Below are positions 20,901 through 28,047 of a stretch of DNA of 64,000 bases, piece after piece; positions within the stretch are counted from its first letter, which is position 1; every line of letters begins with the position of its first letter. The stretch is from contig CBFGXL010000002.1 of the NCBI GenBank assembly GCA_965652925.1, positions 4,881-68,880 of the forward strand, read 5' to 3'. Source of the DNA: an uncultured bacterium. GTDB lineage: Bacteria; Patescibacteriota; Minisyncoccia; Phycocordibacterales; UBA918. The position numbers and the translations under genes were made by a program. Below the pieces are notes generated by a model. That model had not been told where the DNA came from. It saw only the letters and a program-made list of their open reading frames with translations, and did not search any database.

Positions 20901-23802
20901 GACCTCCGCTTACATACGCATAATTACCGGAAATTGCGACCCCTTGCCCGTAGTTCATCACATTTGCGTCATTTGGATCCCAATTACCGACGGTGACCGG
21001 TGCGGCCGGATCAGAAATATTGACGATAGCGAGGTTGTCCGAAACTGCACCTGATATGTATGCATAGTTGCCAGAGATGGCAGCGAACTGAGGACTATCC
21101 ATCACATTTGCGTCATTTGGATCCCAATTACCGACGGTGACGGGATTTGCGGGATTTGAGATGTCGATTATGACGAGGTTATCTGAGACGCTACCTGCTA
21201 CATACGCATAGTTGCCAGAGACCATAACGAAACCAGCATTATTCATCACGTTCGTATCATTTGGATCCCAATTACCGACGGTGACGGGGTTCGTTGGGTT
21301 GCTGATGTCGATTATAGCGAGGTTGTTAGAGACTCTTCCAGGTACATACGCATAGTTGCCTGAGACCTCAACAGAAGAAGGATAATCCATCACATTTGCG
21401 TCATTTGGATCCCAATTACCGACGGTGACCGGTGCAGTTGGGTCTGAGACATCAACGATGACGAGATTGTCAGAGTTAGCTCCCGATACATACGCATAAT
21501 TTCCAAAAACGCTAACACGAGGTCCGCCATCCATCACATTTGCGTCATTTGGATCCCAATTACCGACGGTGACCGGTGCGGCCGGGTCGCTGATATCGAC
21601 GATTGCAATATTATTAGAATTATTCCCTCCAACGTATGCATAGTTCCCTGAGATAGTGCCGTAGGTTGTCCCACTCATCACATTTACGTCATTTGGATCC
21701 CAGTTGCCAATTGTTGTTGGGGTGGAGACGTTTCCGAGAATATGCGCACTTCCCCATACGTCGAGCTTCGCAGAAGGTGTGGTCGTTCCAATACCCACAT
21801 TCCCGGCACTCGTCACATACACACCCTCATCTCCTCCATCTCCCGAAAGCCAGTTGGAGCCAAGCGCGATGTTTGCAGCTGTGCCTGAGAGCGTGAGGGT
21901 TGAGGTTGCGGTCAAGGCAGAGAATGTTGCGGTGCCCGAGAATGCAGGTGAACCTGAGAAGACAAGACGGCCTGAGCCGGTCTCATCATCCATGAGCGCA
22001 AGCAGCTCAGAAGAAGCGTCGATCTCGTCAGCATTGAGTACCGCGATGCCTGATTCCTGAAGCGCAATGCTTGAGAAGTTAACAGTACTGACGCCTGTGT
22101 TGGAAGTGATATCCACGAAGTTGGCACCACCTGTAGCATCGTCGAAATTGAATCGAAGATCCTCGTCGTTTCCATTCCCCTGTCCTTGAATGATGAGCAT
22201 ACCATCTGCATCAGTATCAAGAAGAACGCCTGTTGACGATGAATCGATACGGATCGAGGTGGCCTCGAATTGATTGTTCACCGTGAGAACTTCAGAGGAA
22301 GTTACCGACAATGTCACGTCGGTGCCTGCAGGAGAAGCCTCCCATGCAATCGATTCAGCATTCCCGAGCCGCAATACACCAGTGTCTGCAACATCAGCGT
22401 TGGTTGAGGCGAAGATGGGGCTAAGAGCGCTCGTTGTGAATGTCGGACTGGTACCAAAGACCAAGGCTCCTGAGCCGGTCTCCCCCGTCACTGCAGTAGC
22501 TAGGTTGGCGCTTGAGGGGGTCGCGAGGAACGTAGCCACGCCGGTACCAAGGCCTGAAACTCCCGTACTGATCGGAAGACCTGTTGCGTTGGTTAAGGTA
22601 CCGCTTGACGGCGTCCCGAGTGCACCGCCATTGACGACGAACGATCCAGCAGTACCGACGTTTACGCCAAGTGCTGTGAGGACTCCCGTACCTGCTCCGG
22701 TGAGTCCGGTAGAGATCGGCAACCCAGTTGCGTTGGTGAGCGTTACTGCAGACGGCGTGCCGAGGTTCGGGGTGGTGAGTGTTGGTGAAGTTGCAAAAAC
22801 AAGGGCGCCGGAGCCAGTTTCGTCAGTGAGTGCGTTCGCAAGTGCCGCCGAAGCAGCGGTTGTGGTAGCACGGCTTGAAGAATCGAGGAAAAGCGCCCGT
22901 GAAGCGGTCAGTGAGGAGAACGTGACTGCGCCAGAAAGTGATGGGGTTGCGAGGGTGGGACTCGTCCCGAAGACTGCCGCTCCTGAGCCGGTCTCGTCTC
23001 CTAGGATTGCTGCGAGTTCTGCGGAGGTATCGATGAGTCCATTGTGTGTCAGGGTGACGTCAGCAACAATAGCATCGAGTTCTGCGTAGGTGTCGAAGGC
23101 GCTTGTTGAAGCATAGAGCGTATTGAGGTAGGTGGTGTTGATGGCAAGGGTGTTTCCTGAGTTCTGGAGGCCTGTACCGGTAAGATCAGTGAACCGCTCC
23201 CCATTGACCACGAGGTTCGTGGTCGTCGCTGTTATCGCCGTAAGCTGCGTGATCGTAGACGATGCGTTGCTTATAAGTCCGCCGGTGAATGTGAGCAATC
23301 CTGAAGCAGTATCAGCTTGATCGCTGCGAAGGAGCGAGGTTGAGGCAACGCCGCCCACCGTATCGGAATCAGCGGCATGTTCTGCTTCAAAAGCGGCAGG
23401 GACTGCGCCAATGACCTTTCGTGGAGTCATTTCAGCATCACCTTCGATCGAAACCCCGAGGTACAGTGGCTGATTAAAGTCCACACTTGTTAAAGGAGTA
23501 GTGCTACCAAGCATAATGGAGAACAAACCACTGGTAACCTGCACCTCATTGGTCAGTGTCTCTGTCCAGATGGGTGAACCACCCGTTGCTTGGGTATAGA
23601 GCGAAAATTCCATGTCATAGAGACCGTCAGCAACAGCTATGCTCGTTGAGGCCGTTAATTTTCCCTGGTAGTTGATCGTGGGTGTAAATGCCGCCAAAGC
23701 GTGTACTCCAAACAAGACATACAGTGCCACCACTCCGCAGAGTATGAGCGGCAGCAGAAGAATATGCGGTTGTATATACCGGTTATTCATTTCTGTTTTC
23801 AA
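14932..23802 (-). CDS. Giant (2956 aa) membrane-anchored surface protein containing an N-terminal tail-fibre-like domain, eight LVIVD repeats, G-I-G-T-T-x-P tail-fibre-like modules, a CBM4/9-like jelly-roll domain, Hep_Hag-like N-T-T-G repeats, and an acidic Pro/Glu-rich C-terminal tail.
   Basis: It is an 8.9-kb ORF with an N-terminal TM segment (ILLLPLILCGVVALYVLFGVHALAAF). It has eight 48-aa NWDPNDANVM...GNYAYV.G..S.NLVIVDVSDPTAPVTVG repeats (the LVIVD motif). The modules ELDAIV.DETGSG and G-IGTTTPS.KL recur several times. It carries ITNGSFTGSATGWT (CBM4/9-like) and a C-terminal tail PEEPQTEQPPQE.... Confidence 0.85.
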   Translation of the reverse strand: MKTEMNNRYIQPHILLLPLILCGVVALYVLFGVHALAAFTPTINYQGKLTASTSIAVADGLYDMEFSLYTQATGGSPIWTETLTNEVQVTSGLFSIMLGSTTPLTSVDFNQPLYLGVSIEGDAEMTPRKVIGAVPAAFEAEHAADSDTVGGVASTSLLRSDQADTASGLLTFTGGLISNASSTITQLTAITATTTNLVVNGERFTDLTGTGLQNSGNTLAINTTYLNTLYASTSAFDTYAELDAIVADVTLTHNGLIDTSAELAAILGDETGSGAAVFGTSPTLATPSLSGAVTFSSLTASRALFLDSSSRATTTAASAALANALTDETGSGALVFATSPTLTTPNLGTPSAVTLTNATGLPISTGLTGAGTGVLTALGVNVGTAGSFVVNGGALGTPSSGTLTNATGLPISTGVSGLGTGVATFLATPSSANLATAVTGETGSGALVFGTSPTFTTSALSPIFASTNADVADTGVLRLGNAESIAWEASPAGTDVTLSVTSSEVLTVNNQFEATSIRIDSSSTGVLLDTDADGMLIIQGQGNGNDEDLRFNFDDATGGANFVDITSNTGVSTVNFSSIALQESGIAVLNADEIDASSELLALMDDETGSGRLVFSGSPAFSGTATFSALTATSTLTLSGTAANIALGSNWLSGDGGDEGVYVTSAGNVGIGTTTPSAKLDVWGSAHILGNVSTPTTIGNWDPNDVNVMSGTTYGTISGNYAYVGGNNSNNIAIVDISDPAAPVTVGNWDPNDANVMDGGPRVSVFGNYAYVSGANSDNLVIVDVSDPTAPVTVGNWDPNDANVMDYPSSVEVSGNYAYVPGRVSNNLAIIDISNPTNPVTVGNWDPNDTNVMNNAGFVMVSGNYAYVAGSVSDNLVIIDISNPANPVTVGNWDPNDANVMDSPQFAAISGNYAYISGAVSDNLAIVNISDPAAPVTVGNWDPNDANVMNYGQGVAISGNYAYVSGGLSQNLAIVNISDPAAPVTVGNWDPNDANVMDGPRSVSVSGNYVYVTGSASNNLAIIDISGLTVSNMFAGSGLFDIFRTKQTATFDQGVNVRGGLNVGQNALINGALTIEGTASSSLLSSNNRAGLILSTGRLGIGTTTPNQKLSIFNNGADAAIEFSTISGANEKWTIGIDDSDGSKFKISSSSALGTNDRLVINGAGYVGIGTSTPSQLLTVAGGARITGALYDNSNSAGSNGMVLQSTGSGFNWVATSTLGITGGLTSADIDTYAELDAIVADATLTHNGLLDTSSELLAIVGDETGSGRLVFSNAPAFSGTATFSSLTATGTGSFATTTQSGRLTLSGSSANIALGSNWLSGDGGDEGIFVTSAGRIGIGTTSPADDIELVASTYPFLQITETSGTSNAGIGLYNPSTYALLYMNASGNLSVETGGDAGVDFTVTGTGNVGIGTTTPSQLLTVAGSARITDDLHSKTVTIGTSTSYASLTAQASSTIIGSELITNGSFTGSATGWTLGSDASYNSNNVRVSCVSACNDATVSQNISTVAGHTYLIQYDFSGAASSSASVYFTNNSLQGNNSYFAQNQVIFTADYTGTDTLFVDSSYYSEGTLYTIDNVSVREITYTPSINLFARNGTRLMNLGESGTNYASGFNALPSSITGGGSNTAVGINTLYSNTTGNQNTAVGYSSLFANTTGIANTAFGSGSLLSNTTGNSNVAIGVDTLDVNTTGSNNTALGNYALSGNLTGIGNTGLGRNALLLNTTGRNNAAVGMSGLQNNTTGSNNVSLGYRAGYANTTGYGNIYLGSKDNTTTTGGNITTGFNNIMIGNNTLGTSTNTSNFLNIGNFLFANIPATTSANTLSSVNMSSSRFGIGTSTPSQMLTVAGSARITGALYDNSNSAGSNGMILQSTGSGFNWVATSTLGLGGGGLSSSDIDTSAELAAILTDETGTERAVFSSSPAFSGTATFSALSATSTLTLSGNAANIALGSNFLSGDGGDEGVSIASNGDFTMTGASGDYLFVSLNEASGYPTLFGSGDVVSIESHAEILNGFSMNIFDSGNDRSAYLEVENNGATVFGNSAGNLALLPASNVGIGTTSPQSKLDVYGAIRSTNPSSVSDYIELDATSNANAITSGSNYLTFNVAGWNGVATLTNGRMGIGTSTPNQKLSIFNNAADAAIEFSTVSGANEKWSIGIDDSDGAKFKISSSSALGTNDRLVINGAGNIGIGTASPNGKLHVYSGASGAAVNSAADELVLEGSGNAGLTLMTPDASNSMIYFGTPSDGVGAQINWNHTSDLFTIGAHNTGADVTIQAGSGTDVMRILDTGFVGIGTTTPSSLLAMGTTSVSGSRTAGIHQYFNFTNSSASAVYYGDNSYIVNAPTATSTLVGKMLRIEDDTALGNTVRGLEVQAHRGTNTQGENTGISAFGRTFGVRGTTEGDAGGTFQPAGVFAQTRGTTQGNAIRAYSASITTEDLVSLFQDTSAFAGTGLVMNFGNSGGSFSSTTSKFVDFQNAGTSKFTVTAHGTTTIGDGTTNNMAGLQIGYGGLCVDNDGSCNASTTGKITSVSSAVGNSDLAEMYFSSEDLEPGEIIATAGILSIERADEENSANIIGVVSTKPGLTLGFDDTSLTSGQEGYPVALSGRVPVKLSTENGPIKAGDKIMLSSIPGVGMKATESGTVVGVALEDYDGEYAYSEGFIDQFGDDIAEPKTDPLSQEDDERIHDGCYFGGGVALGEEEEECTPRDTQRFESVETAIADEHEEMQDALRDLAREDAREEEIADGQAVKVGQALMFVNLGWHPANAESLLAELTSTSTDVVLGSDGEETLWDRVKTLAQGFVDGVLNVAGLRAENVYVENELCVDGVCLTADDLRALLLEVNRPSNGSGSGEQTPPPQEEPQEPAPSETQGGGETEGGTGDTEATPPPPEDAMQEEPPVEEPQTEQPPQETELQPQNEPTEEPQTEETAEEPVVEEGTQEEVAEEPQVETAEEQSIEVTP
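20680..21830. repeat. Eight or so tandem copies of a 144-bp (48-codon) unit with high nucleotide identity inside the 2956-aa gene, encoding LVIVD repeats.
   Basis: The core catttgcgtcatttggatcccaattaccgacggtgac recurs at 20821, 20965, 21109, 21253, 21397 and 21541, with diverged copies at ~20677 and ~21685, an exact 144-bp period. Confidence 0.85.
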
Positions 23803-24511
23803 CCGGTACTAATAAAAAAGTTGTAGACCCAGAACCATTCTTGAATATTGGGCGTATCAGCGGACCACCCTCCTCATCGAAGATGATCTCCACATCATCA
23901 GAAAACTCTGCTGCCACACTTTCAACCAGAGCAGTATCCTCCTGTTCACTCCGCGGTGGAAATTGCGGCAATGTCGTAAAGATCTCGACGTCTTCGCGAA
24001 CCGTGGTGCTTCCCTCAAGCGCTGCAGAGATATGCTTTTCATCTCGAGAGAATTCCAATACGAAACTGGGGAGTGTGGCTTTAGCAACAAGCGCAACGTT
24101 CTCTGATGCGGCAGAGCTCAACTCTGTAAGTCCAACCTGTTCATGTGACACAACCCACCCAAGCATTCCCACAATCCCTCCGCATGTCAGCAATACAGCA
24201 GCCTGAGCCAATGCAAGAAATTCATGGTCCTTTGAAGCACCGCCCACATCTGTTTTTCTCTGATGAGACTCGTGTTCGATCTTGCGTACTCGTCTGAGTT
24301 CCTCCTTTCTGATCTTTTTCTCAATCTCAACTTGTGCGAGATATGTGTTGAGTGATCCGGGTTCGATGAACCACTGTCTGCCCACCTGAGTTCCAAGAAT
24401 TTTTTCCTCCCGGGCAAGCTTGCCGATGTAGTCATGACTGTACCCGCACTGCGAAGCAAGTACGTTGCTTGGAACGTACTCTTTTCCGTTTATGACAAGG
24501 CTCTGCGTCAT
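23783..24511 (-). CDS. Membrane-tethered DNA-binding protein with an N-terminal HTH_17/excisionase-family HTH, one TM helix and a ~115-aa C-terminal extracytoplasmic domain.
   Basis: The N-terminal ~55 aa (INGKEYVPSNVLASQCGYSHDYIGKLAREEKILGTQVGRQWFI) fits the excisionase-type HTH pattern (..G.S..yIgkLaR.G.i....vGrrwrI). The TM segment is LALAQAAVLLTCGGIVGMLGWVV. It is a paralog of 24555..25586. Confidence 0.6.
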   Translation of the reverse strand: MTQSLVINGKEYVPSNVLASQCGYSHDYIGKLAREEKILGTQVGRQWFIEPGSLNTYLAQVEIEKKIRKEELRRVRKIEHESHQRKTDVGGASKDHEFLALAQAAVLLTCGGIVGMLGWVVSHEQVGLTELSSAASENVALVAKATLPSFVLEFSRDEKHISAALEGSTTVREDVEIFTTLPQFPPRSEQEDTALVESVAAEFSDDVEIIFDEEGGPLIRPIFKNGSGSTTFLLVPVENRNE

Positions 24512-24554
24512 ACGATTTACCTATATATTTTATAAGTAAATCGCTAATTTTATT

Positions 24555-25586
24555 CTAAAAAATAAAGAAATTTGTGGAGAACTTTAAAAGGTCAAAAAGT
24601 GCATCAAATTCTTCCACCGAAGTATGCACAGATGCAGTCAGATGCTCGATTGCAAACTGATACGAAGTAGTGACCGTCTGCCCTTCCACTAAGTAGTTGC
24701 TCTCGAGTCCAAGCAGACCGACTACAAGCAGAATAGAAAAAGCAAAAGATGCCAGAACAAGCACTTTCGAACCTAACGAAGAATTTCCCTCCTCAGCAAC
24801 AAGAACTTTCGCACCCTCTGAAAGTCCAGCCGGTGTTTGTGCGGATTCATGTCTGACCGGAGTATGCACAGGCAAATCATGAGAATGAATATTTTTTGTT
24901 GTTGCTGTAGTGGCACCGTTTCTGTGTGCGGCATTCTGAGGAATCAATGCAGTTGTTTTTCGCATTCCATGAAATGGTTTTGACGAAATAACTATATTTT
25001 TAGTCTTTTTATGATCTTTTACTTCTTTTGGGTGGATTATCTTCTGACCTTCCATCTCCTGTATCCTCCCCTCATCAACCTCTGAAACGTGCAGTGCCCC
25101 ACGAAAGCGAATCTCGGGCAGCTTTGGGGCATCCATACGATAGCTAGGCACACTCGACGCTATGGGAAGTTGGACAGCGTCAGCCAGCTCAACTTCAAGT
25201 GAGCCATTTCTTTTCCCTTCTTTTTGAACCAGAGGTATCAACTCGGATTCATCCTCTAAATAGGCAACTTTTGAAGTTTTCTGACTGTGGTAAAAATGGG
25301 GTGATGCTACTTGCTTGTTCGTGCTCTCATTAACACGTACTTTCACTTCTTCTCGTAGAGATTCCTTTGCCTTTGTAGTAGTGCTTCTGTAACGACTCGT
25401 CTTATGCATTGAGATGGAATCACGGTCTACATACCAACTTCTCCCCACCAATTTGGCATGCACACGATGGGATCGGCAGAGCTGCCCCACATAATCAGCA
25501 GTGTACCCGAGATCTCGGGCGATAACACTAGCTTTTACATATTCTTTTCCCCCAACGTTAAGAACGTCCATACCAGAATTATACAC
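24555..25586 (-). CDS. Membrane-tethered DNA-binding protein with an N-terminal HTH_17/excisionase-family HTH, a long basic linker and a C-terminal TM helix (paralog of 23783..24511).
   Basis: The N-terminus (VGGKEYVKASVIARDLGYTADYVGQLCRSHRVHAKLVGRSWYV) matches the same HTH signature. The TM segment is VLVLASFAFSILLVVGLLGL near the C-terminus. Confidence 0.6.
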   Translation of the reverse strand: MYNSGMDVLNVGGKEYVKASVIARDLGYTADYVGQLCRSHRVHAKLVGRSWYVDRDSISMHKTSRYRSTTTKAKESLREEVKVRVNESTNKQVASPHFYHSQKTSKVAYLEDESELIPLVQKEGKRNGSLEVELADAVQLPIASSVPSYRMDAPKLPEIRFRGALHVSEVDEGRIQEMEGQKIIHPKEVKDHKKTKNIVISSKPFHGMRKTTALIPQNAAHRNGATTATTKNIHSHDLPVHTPVRHESAQTPAGLSEGAKVLVAEEGNSSLGSKVLVLASFAFSILLVVGLLGLESNYLVEGQTVTTSYQFAIEHLTASVHTSVEEFDALFDLLKFSTNFFIF

Positions 25587-25655
25587 TACATTTCACAATA
25601 TCTCGCCTAAACCAGCGTAAGCTGTGAACACGAAGATCCCTCAACTACAGATTTT

Positions 25656-27068
25656 CTACTCCTTCATCTTCTTCTCCAGTAGCTCTCTTAGAAGCGTAGG
25701 GTTTGCACTGCCCTTTGTGGCCTTCATCCCTTGTCCAACTAGATACTGGATGGATGTATCCTTCCCAGATTTGTACTCAGCAACAACGGATTCATTTTCA
25801 GCAATAATCTTTGAAACTATCTCATCAAGTGCTTCCTCAGAATTCTGTTGTGTAAGACCGCGCTCAGTTGCCAAATTTTCCGGATTTTCACCATCAAATA
25901 CCACTTCCTTCAAAAGATCTTTAGCTACTCTTGAAGTAATCTTACCTTCAGATACAAGCTGCATAAGCTTTATAAACATTTTCGGATGTGCATTCTCAAT
26001 GGTGCATCCCCCATCCGAAAGTAGACTCAATACATCTGTTATAAAATAGTTTGCTGCAAGCTTGACATCAGTTCCTTCAGGAAGCTCAGAAATCGCCTCT
26101 TCGAAGAAGGTGTTATTTGCTACATCTGAAATTATAACTTCAATTTGTTTCTCGGCTAGACCAAGTTCAGTATACTTTGAGCGCTTAGAATTTGGAGTTT
26201 CTGGCAATATCTCGGATATTCGAGAATCACTAAATTCTTCAATCTCGGAACGTTTAAACTTTGGAATGTCAGGATCAGGGAAATAACGGTAGTCTTGCGC
26301 AGTCTCTTTTGAGCGTTGCAAAAATGTTTTTCCTTTAGATTCGTCCCATCCGCGTGTTTCCTGCTTAAGCTGTCGTCCTGATTCGAGTTCTTCTATGTGC
26401 CGTTTTGTCTCATACTCTATAGCAGCCTCGACCGACTTAAAGGAATTCAGATTCTTCACCTCTACTTTTGTGCCTAGCTGATCTGTCTTGCTCACCGAGA
26501 TGTTTGCCTCAACACGCATTTCCCCACGCTCCATGTTTGCGTCAGAGACTCCGAGCGTACGGAGTAAAAGCTGTAGTTCTTTTGCAAACTCACCTGCTTT
26601 TTGTGCATCGTGTATAACCGGTTCAGTAACGAGCTCCATAAGAGGAACTCCCGCCCTGTTAAAATCAACCAAACTCTCATCTCCTTGATCGTGTGCGCTC
26701 CGAGCTGTATCCTCCTCAAGATGCACACGAGTGATAGCCACCCCCGCTATCTCACCACCTTTCACAAATGGGAATTGATACTGGCTGATCTGGTACGCCT
26801 TCGGAATATCTGGATAAAAATAATTTTTACGGTCGAACTCACTGTAGTCAGCAAGCTCACCTCCAATAGCCTTCCCAACCATCATAAGGAAGCGGACAGC
26901 CTCTTTGTTTACAACTGGTAGTGTGCCTGGATGTGCCATACACACAGGACACACATTGGCATTGGGTTCAGCAGCATGTGGATTGTTGATACAACCGCAA
27001 AACATTTTGCTTTTTGTCTTCAACTCAGCATGTACTTCGATGCCGACAGTAGTGGTGTAAGTGGACAT
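25656..27068 (-). CDS. gatB: Asp-tRNA(Asn)/Glu-tRNA(Gln) amidotransferase subunit B.
   Basis: Full-length match to the GatB family, with an N-terminal VGIEVHAEL...CGC...CPVC zinc-binding region and a C-terminal GatB/YqeY domain. Confidence 0.92.
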   Translation of the reverse strand: MSTYTTTVGIEVHAELKTKSKMFCGCINNPHAAEPNANVCPVCMAHPGTLPVVNKEAVRFLMMVGKAIGGELADYSEFDRKNYFYPDIPKAYQISQYQFPFVKGGEIAGVAITRVHLEEDTARSAHDQGDESLVDFNRAGVPLMELVTEPVIHDAQKAGEFAKELQLLLRTLGVSDANMERGEMRVEANISVSKTDQLGTKVEVKNLNSFKSVEAAIEYETKRHIEELESGRQLKQETRGWDESKGKTFLQRSKETAQDYRYFPDPDIPKFKRSEIEEFSDSRISEILPETPNSKRSKYTELGLAEKQIEVIISDVANNTFFEEAISELPEGTDVKLAANYFITDVLSLLSDGGCTIENAHPKMFIKLMQLVSEGKITSRVAKDLLKEVVFDGENPENLATERGLTQQNSEEALDEIVSKIIAENESVVAEYKSGKDTSIQYLVGQGMKATKGSANPTLLRELLEKKMKE

Positions 27069-27078
27069 GGGCGTAATA

Positions 27079-28047
27079 TTACCCTTCAGACAGTTTCTTC
27101 ACAAGCGTATCGCGCAGTTCTTTTACTCCTTCTTGAGTCAAAACTGATATTACAAACACACGATTCTTATTAATGTCAATATCAGTAAGCAGAGCGTCAA
27201 TTTTATGTTGCTCTGTAAGGTCCTTTTTAGTGAAAATAATCCACTCTTCCTTCTTCAAAAGGAGTGGGTCAAATTTAGCTAGCTCATTTCTGACGGTCAA
27301 ATATGCCTCTTTTGGGTCGTCATTTTCGAGAGATACCAGGTGGAGCAGCATTTTTGTGCGCTGGACATGCCTCAAAAATTTGTGTCCGAGCCCCTTCCCC
27401 CCCGCTGCCCCTTCGATGAGCCCTGGAATGTCAGCGATGACGTACTGATAAAGTGCACCAAGATGAGGTTCAATGGTGGTAAAAGCATACGCGCCTACAG
27501 GAGAACTTGCATTTGTAAACGCGTTAAGCAATGTAGACTTGCCTGCGTTCGGCAAGCCGATGAGTCCCACATCCACAACTAGAGATAGTTCGATCTTGAA
27601 ACTCCCCTCCTCTCCTTTTTTGCCCTCGGTTGATTCAATAGGCGATCGGTTTGTTGAGGATTTAAAGTGTTCATTCCCCAATCCACCAGCTCCGCCCTGA
27701 AGAATTTTTTCTAACTGGCCTTCCTCAAACAGTTCGTACGTTCTCTCACGCTCCAGGTCTTTGATAATCGAACCCACGGGGACATCAATAACGAGGTCCT
27801 CACTTCTCTTGCCAAACTGACTGTTACTTCTTCCGTCTCCTCCATTCTCAGCAACAAAGGTTTTAGCTCCTGTGTACTTGGCTAGGATATTGAGATCACG
27901 AACAGCACGCACGTATACATCGCCGCCTTTTCCTCCATTCCCGCCTGCGGGTCCGCCCTTCGGCACAAATTTTGCACGGAGCCAGCGTACGACGCCTTTT
28001 CCTCCATCTCCCGCTTTTGCATAAATTTCAAGTTCGTCAACAAACAT
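27079..28047 (-). CDS. obg: GTPase Obg/CgtA.
   Basis: It has the Obg N-terminal Gly-rich fold (FVDELEIYAKAGDGGKGVVRW...GGPAGGNGGKGGDVYV) and the G-domain motifs GLIGLPNAGKSTL and DIPGLIEGA. Confidence 0.92.
   Translation of the reverse strand: MFVDELEIYAKAGDGGKGVVRWLRAKFVPKGGPAGGNGGKGGDVYVRAVRDLNILAKYTGAKTFVAENGGDGRSNSQFGKRSEDLVIDVPVGSIIKDLERERTYELFEEGQLEKILQGGAGGLGNEHFKSSTNRSPIESTEGKKGEEGSFKIELSLVVDVGLIGLPNAGKSTLLNAFTNASSPVGAYAFTTIEPHLGALYQYVIADIPGLIEGAAGGKGLGHKFLRHVQRTKMLLHLVSLENDDPKEAYLTVRNELAKFDPLLLKKEEWIIFTKKDLTEQHKIDALLTDIDINKNRVFVISVLTQEGVKELRDTLVKKLSEG

Noticed and set aside
6299-21830. Tandem direct repeats considered as a possible CRISPR array or minisatellite.
   Set aside because: The repeats are contiguous with no unique spacers, their periods are multiples of 3, and they lie in-frame within long ORFs encoding recognisable protein repeats. 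They are coding repeats, not CRISPR.
22274-23089. A 271-aa plus-strand ORF rich in Pro/Val/Ala. The same applies to 17888..18514, 17123..17512 and 20318..20611.
   Set aside because: They are antisense to the 2956-aa gene, and their mutual similarity mirrors the sense-strand segmental duplications.
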